Assembly (NCBI GenBank): GCA_963790025.1
Contig: CAWBMP010000004.1
Location: forward strand, 1,376,001 to 1,440,000
Direction: 5' to 3'
Source of the DNA: Nitrospirota bacterium
GTDB lineage: Bacteria > Nitrospirota > Thermodesulfovibrionia > Thermodesulfovibrionales > Dissulfurispiraceae
DNA: 64,000 nucleotides
The notes under the pieces were generated by a model, which saw nothing but the letters and a program-made list of their open reading frames with translations, was not told the DNA's origin and made no database searches. Below, piece after piece: positions 59,998 through 64,000 of this stretch. The stretch's first letter is position 1. The number at the start of each line of letters is the position of its first letter. Position numbers and translations under genes: made by a program.

Positions 59998-60333
59998 TTA
60001 TCTGTCCTCCTGCCAAGCCCAAGCCGCTATTGTTGGGTTTCCCGGTTCAACGCTCTCTATCTGCATATCGGGGGTTACATCAAACCATACTTTACGTAAC
60101 TCTTGCGGATACTTTGGATTAATATGTTCGAGTGCATGAGAAACAAAGGATGCAGGGGAATAGTATACACCTGCCCCTGCTCCCATTTGCGCAGAATACT
60201 CCGCCTCGATTCTCGCCGCCAAGGGTGCATCTCTTTTCTTAATCCTATTGAAGATTTGGTAAGGGAAAAGGAAATGTCCTCCCGACTCCCTGAGAACCTC
60301 TATAAGAACAGCGTCAATTTCATTAAAATGCAT
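59998..60333 (-). CDS. Hypothetical protein
   Basis: AAGGAGG RBS; follows the NDT-like gene. Confidence 0.65.
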   Translation of the reverse strand: MHFNEIDAVLIEVLRESGGHFLFPYQIFNRIKKRDAPLAARIEAEYSAQMGAGAGVYYSPASFVSHALEHINPKYPQELRKVWFDVTPDMQIESVEPGNPTIAAWAWQEDR

Positions 60334-60357
60334 CTGTAAGCCTCCTTGTGTTACGAA

Positions 60358-61329
60358 TTATTCATCTGTAAGTATGGCATCTTCCGGGAGTGTCGCTCGA
60401 ATTGTCGCCTTTAACTCCTCTCCCGTTGCATCCGGATTATCCGCATCCCATTTTATCGTAAGGTGATGGTTGGTATCAAAATGTGTCTTAGCCTTGTCAA
60501 ACTTAGTTTTTTCACAGGTATAAATCACCGGTTTATTTAAGCCCTCTGCATATCCAGCTTCCCAGTATGCCCCGGCATTGTCATGAGTAAGGTCGGCAAT
60601 CAAAAATCGTGATGTCCGTATTTCTACTCGTAATCTATCGTCAATCAGTCCTGCCCGCTGATTGTCCGTTAACAGGCGCAAATCAAACCCAGTTTTTTGA
60701 ACGGCAGGCTTAAAGACGTTTTCAACAATTGTCTTCAGTGGCTCTTCTCCAAATTTCATAGCCATAAACGCCTTTCGGCTACTCTTAACTCCTTTCTTCA
60801 ACTCTTCATAGTATTTCCATCCATCAAACGTAAGAGTCTGAGATAAATTGTTGACACTATATTCCCCTCCTTTACCTTCAATCAGTTTTTTGCTAACCAG
60901 ATATAGAAGAATAAAATAGAATCCGTCGTCGGACTTTGCACCGATAATTGACTGGTGAGTCTGTGCCCTGATATCCATGCACTCCCCTGGACCTTTAACA
61001 TTGTCACCCAACCACAAGATAAAGTTGTCGGCTTGCTCCATTGGATTTGGCAGTTTGCCTTTTAAGACGGTTTCAACAATATCCTTTGAAAGCAATGGTG
61101 TCTTCATGCGACGAACGCTATGGCTGAGCAATGCAATTCTTTCAGTGTCGTTATCAAGTATGCCCTTAAGAGAGGCATGCATTACAAAATCCACTGAGAA
61201 TTCTCCGCACCTTGGACAATCATATGTCGTATCCATGCCCATTATGTTTGGTGCACGCCCGCGCGCCGCTGTCTGTGCGGGATGAAAAAGTGTCGAATTG
61301 CATATTAAACATTGCGTTTCTATTTCCAT
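60358..61329 (-). CDS. Zn-ribbon + wHTH-like + nucleoside 2-deoxyribosyltransferase-like domain protein
   Basis: CLIC...CPRCG; LTFDGW; AFMAMKF...FLIADLTHDNAGAYWEAGYAEGLNKPVI. Confidence 0.78.
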   Translation of the reverse strand: MEIETQCLICNSTLFHPAQTAARGRAPNIMGMDTTYDCPRCGEFSVDFVMHASLKGILDNDTERIALLSHSVRRMKTPLLSKDIVETVLKGKLPNPMEQADNFILWLGDNVKGPGECMDIRAQTHQSIIGAKSDDGFYFILLYLVSKKLIEGKGGEYSVNNLSQTLTFDGWKYYEELKKGVKSSRKAFMAMKFGEEPLKTIVENVFKPAVQKTGFDLRLLTDNQRAGLIDDRLRVEIRTSRFLIADLTHDNAGAYWEAGYAEGLNKPVIYTCEKTKFDKAKTHFDTNHHLTIKWDADNPDATGEELKATIRATLPEDAILTDE

Positions 61330-61553
61330 GATGTGCTCCCTTTTCGGTAAATATAACACAGCCGAGCAAGCCTTCAATAGCTTGAAACTACATTTTCAGC
61401 CCATATCAGACATCCTGTCAGCCTAAAATAACGGTGTGTAGAGCTTTATATTAAGCCGTTCTTGCCCTTCCGGATGGGAAAAGGTATGGAATGGCGGGGA
61501 ATGAACCTGATAGCGATAAACGCTGAAATGCCGTATATGTATTAACCTTGTAT

Positions 61554-62222
61554 TCACTCTTCAACTGGCAGTATATTTGTTGCCGAATCGAACTTCGGAG
61601 AATTTACCGTATTAGACACCTGATACATCTCCATTTCTTCTGATGCATAGGGACGCAGAAAACCCTTCAGTGCATTGTAATCCTTAACCCCCGGATTTAA
61701 CCACAAGTCCACGTTCTCCTCCGGGACTATGACCGGCATGCGGTTATGTATGGCAGATACCAAACTATTCGACTCAGTTGTGATAATTGCGCATCCGCAA
61801 ATTTTACTTACAGCAGGCAATGACGAATACTGATATAGTCCAGCAAAGCCCATGGGCTTGCCGGATTTTAACCTGATGTAATAAGGAATCTTTTTCTGTT
61901 TGTCTCGCTTCCACTCATAAAACCCATCGGCTATAACCAGACACCTGTGTTTTTTGAATGCCTCTTTGAAGTATGGTTTCTCATCAATAGTCTCGGCTCT
62001 GGCATTAATCATGGGGCTTGCTTCGGAAATATCTTTTATCCATGGAGGCAAGAACCCCCACCGGCATTTGATAAGTTCCCTTATCCCTGTATCGTTGATA
62101 ATGACGATATCTTGCGAAGGTGCAATATTATGGCTGGAGGAAATCTCAAATGATGCAGGCGCCGCATGGAATATCTCTATTATTGTAGAGACGGGACTGC
62201 TTCTGACAAATCTGCCACACAT
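61554..62222 (-). CDS. SOS-response-associated peptidase (SRAP/YedK/HMCES family)
   Basis: MCGRF start, NIAPSQ, INARAET, GFYEW and IHNRMP motifs. Confidence 0.95.
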   Translation of the reverse strand: MCGRFVRSSPVSTIIEIFHAAPASFEISSSHNIAPSQDIVIINDTGIRELIKCRWGFLPPWIKDISEASPMINARAETIDEKPYFKEAFKKHRCLVIADGFYEWKRDKQKKIPYYIRLKSGKPMGFAGLYQYSSLPAVSKICGCAIITTESNSLVSAIHNRMPVIVPEENVDLWLNPGVKDYNALKGFLRPYASEEMEMYQVSNTVNSPKFDSATNILPVEE

Positions 62223-62398
62223 GATTTAACATATCATTCCGGGCAGGATATGTCCATTTACCACTTTTGAGCCTATATCAGACAACCTGTCTGTCTGAGA
62301 AAGTGGCGTGTCGGGCTTTATATTAAGCCTTTTTTGCCTTCCCGGTAGCAAAAAGGTATCAATACGCCACTCGAGGCCGAAGTAAGCCCAAATAGGCT

Positions 62399-63157
62399 CT
62401 ATTTCAATTTTGGGAATTCCTGTGTAAAAGTTCCGCAATAATCCTTGATATTGTTTTTCATGAAAATCGGGATTTTATAAGCTTTGCATTGCCTTGTTAT
62501 TTCATTTACCCATGCCCTGTCGGGAGCAGGAGCATTTTTACCTGTCTGGGCTCCCAGTATTATCCACTGAAAGTCCGCCAAGTCAAAACTTATTGGGCCG
62601 AGGAGAGGTTCAATGCTCAGGAACCTGACAGGCGCCGACACCTTCTTTAATATCTCCGCCCTTGCCATATCTCTGTCGGAATTAACGGAAGTCCCTACAT
62701 AAGAATTATCAGGGAATTTAAACTCCGCCAACCTTTTCGGATTTTTTGTCAGGAACATGAAAGTATGCCGGGAACATTCTTTTGTCACCTTCAGCACCGC
62801 CTCTATCCAGTCAGTCGGAACCCATGCTCCAAACAAATCGCCGACGTCAACAACAAATACCTTGCCCGGTTCCTTTGCCTTATATGGTTCAACCAGCCTA
62901 TGCGGATAAAAAGTGCAGTCATAGCCGTAGGGATTGATTTCCCCCTGCTTCGCAATATGCGTTCCACCGCTCTCCCTTTTTCGCCAGTCTTTCTCGTAGA
63001 CAAGTTCTCCGGCCTTATTCTTGTACCGAGCCCCGAACCTGTTAAGCGGTGAAGTTGATTTCAAGGTGTTGTAGCAGTATTGGTTACGGCATGCGTGATA
63101 GCACCCGGATACCGGGTTCCAAGTGTAGTCGCACCACTCAATAGATGTTTTATTCAT
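62399..63157 (-). CDS. DUF5131 (phage Gp37/Gp68) family radical-SAM-like protein
   Basis: TSIEWCDYTWNPVSGC, DLFG, FLTKNP, FLSIEPLLG and WIILG motifs. Confidence 0.9.
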   Translation of the reverse strand: MNKTSIEWCDYTWNPVSGCYHACRNQYCYNTLKSTSPLNRFGARYKNKAGELVYEKDWRKRESGGTHIAKQGEINPYGYDCTFYPHRLVEPYKAKEPGKVFVVDVGDLFGAWVPTDWIEAVLKVTKECSRHTFMFLTKNPKRLAEFKFPDNSYVGTSVNSDRDMARAEILKKVSAPVRFLSIEPLLGPISFDLADFQWIILGAQTGKNAPAPDRAWVNEITRQCKAYKIPIFMKNNIKDYCGTFTQEFPKLK

Positions 63158-63467
63158 GTTTGCTCCTCCTGCTCCTTAATTTGGACTCAACCACGAGTGG
63201 TTGCTCACCCTCGGGGTAGAAGAGCCCGCCGTCAAGTTCATCCACTCTAGTTGCTGGGTGGCACAAGTAGACGATATATCCGCGTCTCCCCATGTAAGTT
63301 CTTCCCCCGCTCCTAACACAATTCCGTTTAGCTTCTTCTATTGTGTCACCTTTCCCCCAATACCCTGGTGTCCCTGCCGTCTTACAGAGGTATTCGTAAC
63401 CTTTAAGTTTTGCCATTACCTGATCCTCATAAGTCGTGCCAGTTGTCTCTGATGACTGCTCGATCAT
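63150..63467 (-). CDS. Hypothetical protein
   Basis: WGKGDTIEEAKRN; overlaps the DUF5131 start. Confidence 0.65.
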   Translation of the reverse strand: MIEQSSETTGTTYEDQVMAKLKGYEYLCKTAGTPGYWGKGDTIEEAKRNCVRSGGRTYMGRRGYIVYLCHPATRVDELDGGLFYPEGEQPLVVESKLRSRRSKHE

Positions 63468-63639
63468 ATACTCACCTCATAGAAAAACCGTTTTTTTTAG
63501 CCGACAATCGCCATGTTATATTTAACCATCGTGCGATAGGTAGAGTCCAGTCGAAAAAAATAATCTTTAAAATTCAACAATATTCTCAACCGGTGACCCG
63601 GTGCAATGAATTTCCCTGCAATTTCAGGGAATTGAGGGA
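63465..63639 (-). repeat. Conserved upstream repeat, copy 2
   Basis: 71/72 identity with 36949-37020 plus the second shared block. Confidence 0.9.
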
Positions 63640-63877
63640 AACGGGAAAGCGCTGACATCCGACATGAGTTTAAAACCATAGGACGCAGAATTGAACCTTA
63701 CGCCGATAATCACGCAAATTTGCAGGCTCTCCTTGGTAGTCCCTGATCCATACAAGTCTCCGGCCATATTTATCCAACCTCCACCAATCTCTTGTCTCAT
63801 CATCCTTTATCCTGTTTGCGTTCTCTTCCTTCTCGTTCTTTTTTTATTGAAGTGGGATATGGTACATATAGAATAGT

Positions 63878-64000
63878 CTCCTAAAATAGGAGTGCTAATT
63901 ATGTAAGAAGTGGCTTTAAACGCTACTGTTTTAGGAGTGTTTTTTTGCATGATTGATTTAAACGCTACCATTATAGGAGCGTAAGCACTCCTATAATAGG
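63878..64000. repeat. TAGGAG/CTCCTA repeat patch with two 26-bp direct repeats
   Basis: TTTAAACGCTACnnTnTAGGAGnGT-type repeats at 63915 and 63957; CTCCTA-AAA-TAGGAG palindrome; cut by the window edge. Confidence 0.65.

Larger units (their letters stand above)
31394..64000. mobile_element. comM-integrated genomic island/integrative element; right end not in the window
   Basis: comM truncation, adjacent LSR, shift to AT-richer sequence, ArdC/R-M/defence-like cargo. Confidence 0.9.

Noticed and set aside
63670..63870. Possible minus-strand gene
   Set aside because: In-frame TAA after seven codons and no recognisable product; at most a remnant
31394..64000. Prophage or complete ICE interpretation
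   Set aside because: No capsid, terminase, tail, T4SS or relaxase genes in the visible part; class cannot be settled without the right arm
1..64000. tRNA/rRNA genes
   Set aside because: None recognised by eye; a tRNAscan-SE/Infernal run would be needed to exclude them formally

Overview
The window has two halves. 1-31394 is core chromosome of an anaerobic sulfate/sulfite reducer; gene order and style suggest a Nitrospirota (Thermodesulfovibrionia-like) bacterium, which is an inference. It carries a reductive-type dsr cluster on the minus strand (dsrA-dsrB-dsrD-dsrN-[Zn-finger/HEAT protein]-dsrC-dsrT-dsrM-dsrK, running off the left edge). It then has smc, an RRM protein, rpsU, a GlcD-like oxidase, a sensor kinase whose 3' end is overwritten by an IS21-like terminal repeat, hemB, an A-type Fe-S carrier, lptF/lptG, deoC, a class IV aminotransferase, yraN, a solo Toprim protein, a glycolytic block (fba-pgk-two pfk), an L,D-transpeptidase and a TIGR01212-type radical SAM. 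At about 31394 the comM (YifB) gene is cut at the AMNP|CPCG motif by an integrated, more AT-rich element that runs past the right edge. The element encodes a large serine recombinase whose ORF reads across the attachment junction, a ParB-like + Dam-like methylase pair, ArdC, NERD and PLD nucleases, a complete type I R-M system, two TIGR04255-like modules, a resolvase, a TPR protein, two DUF5131-like radical SAM proteins, PD-(D/E)XK, HNH-like and NDT-like proteins, and a SRAP peptidase. Its non-coding DNA is unusually organised: a 72-bp leader duplicated 26.5 kb apart, a dispersed palindrome, repeated anti-SD hairpins, a multi-hairpin leader, and several different iteron-like repeat patches with no initiator gene in view. 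No rRNA, tRNA or CRISPR array was seen. All family calls come from motif recognition, not database searches.
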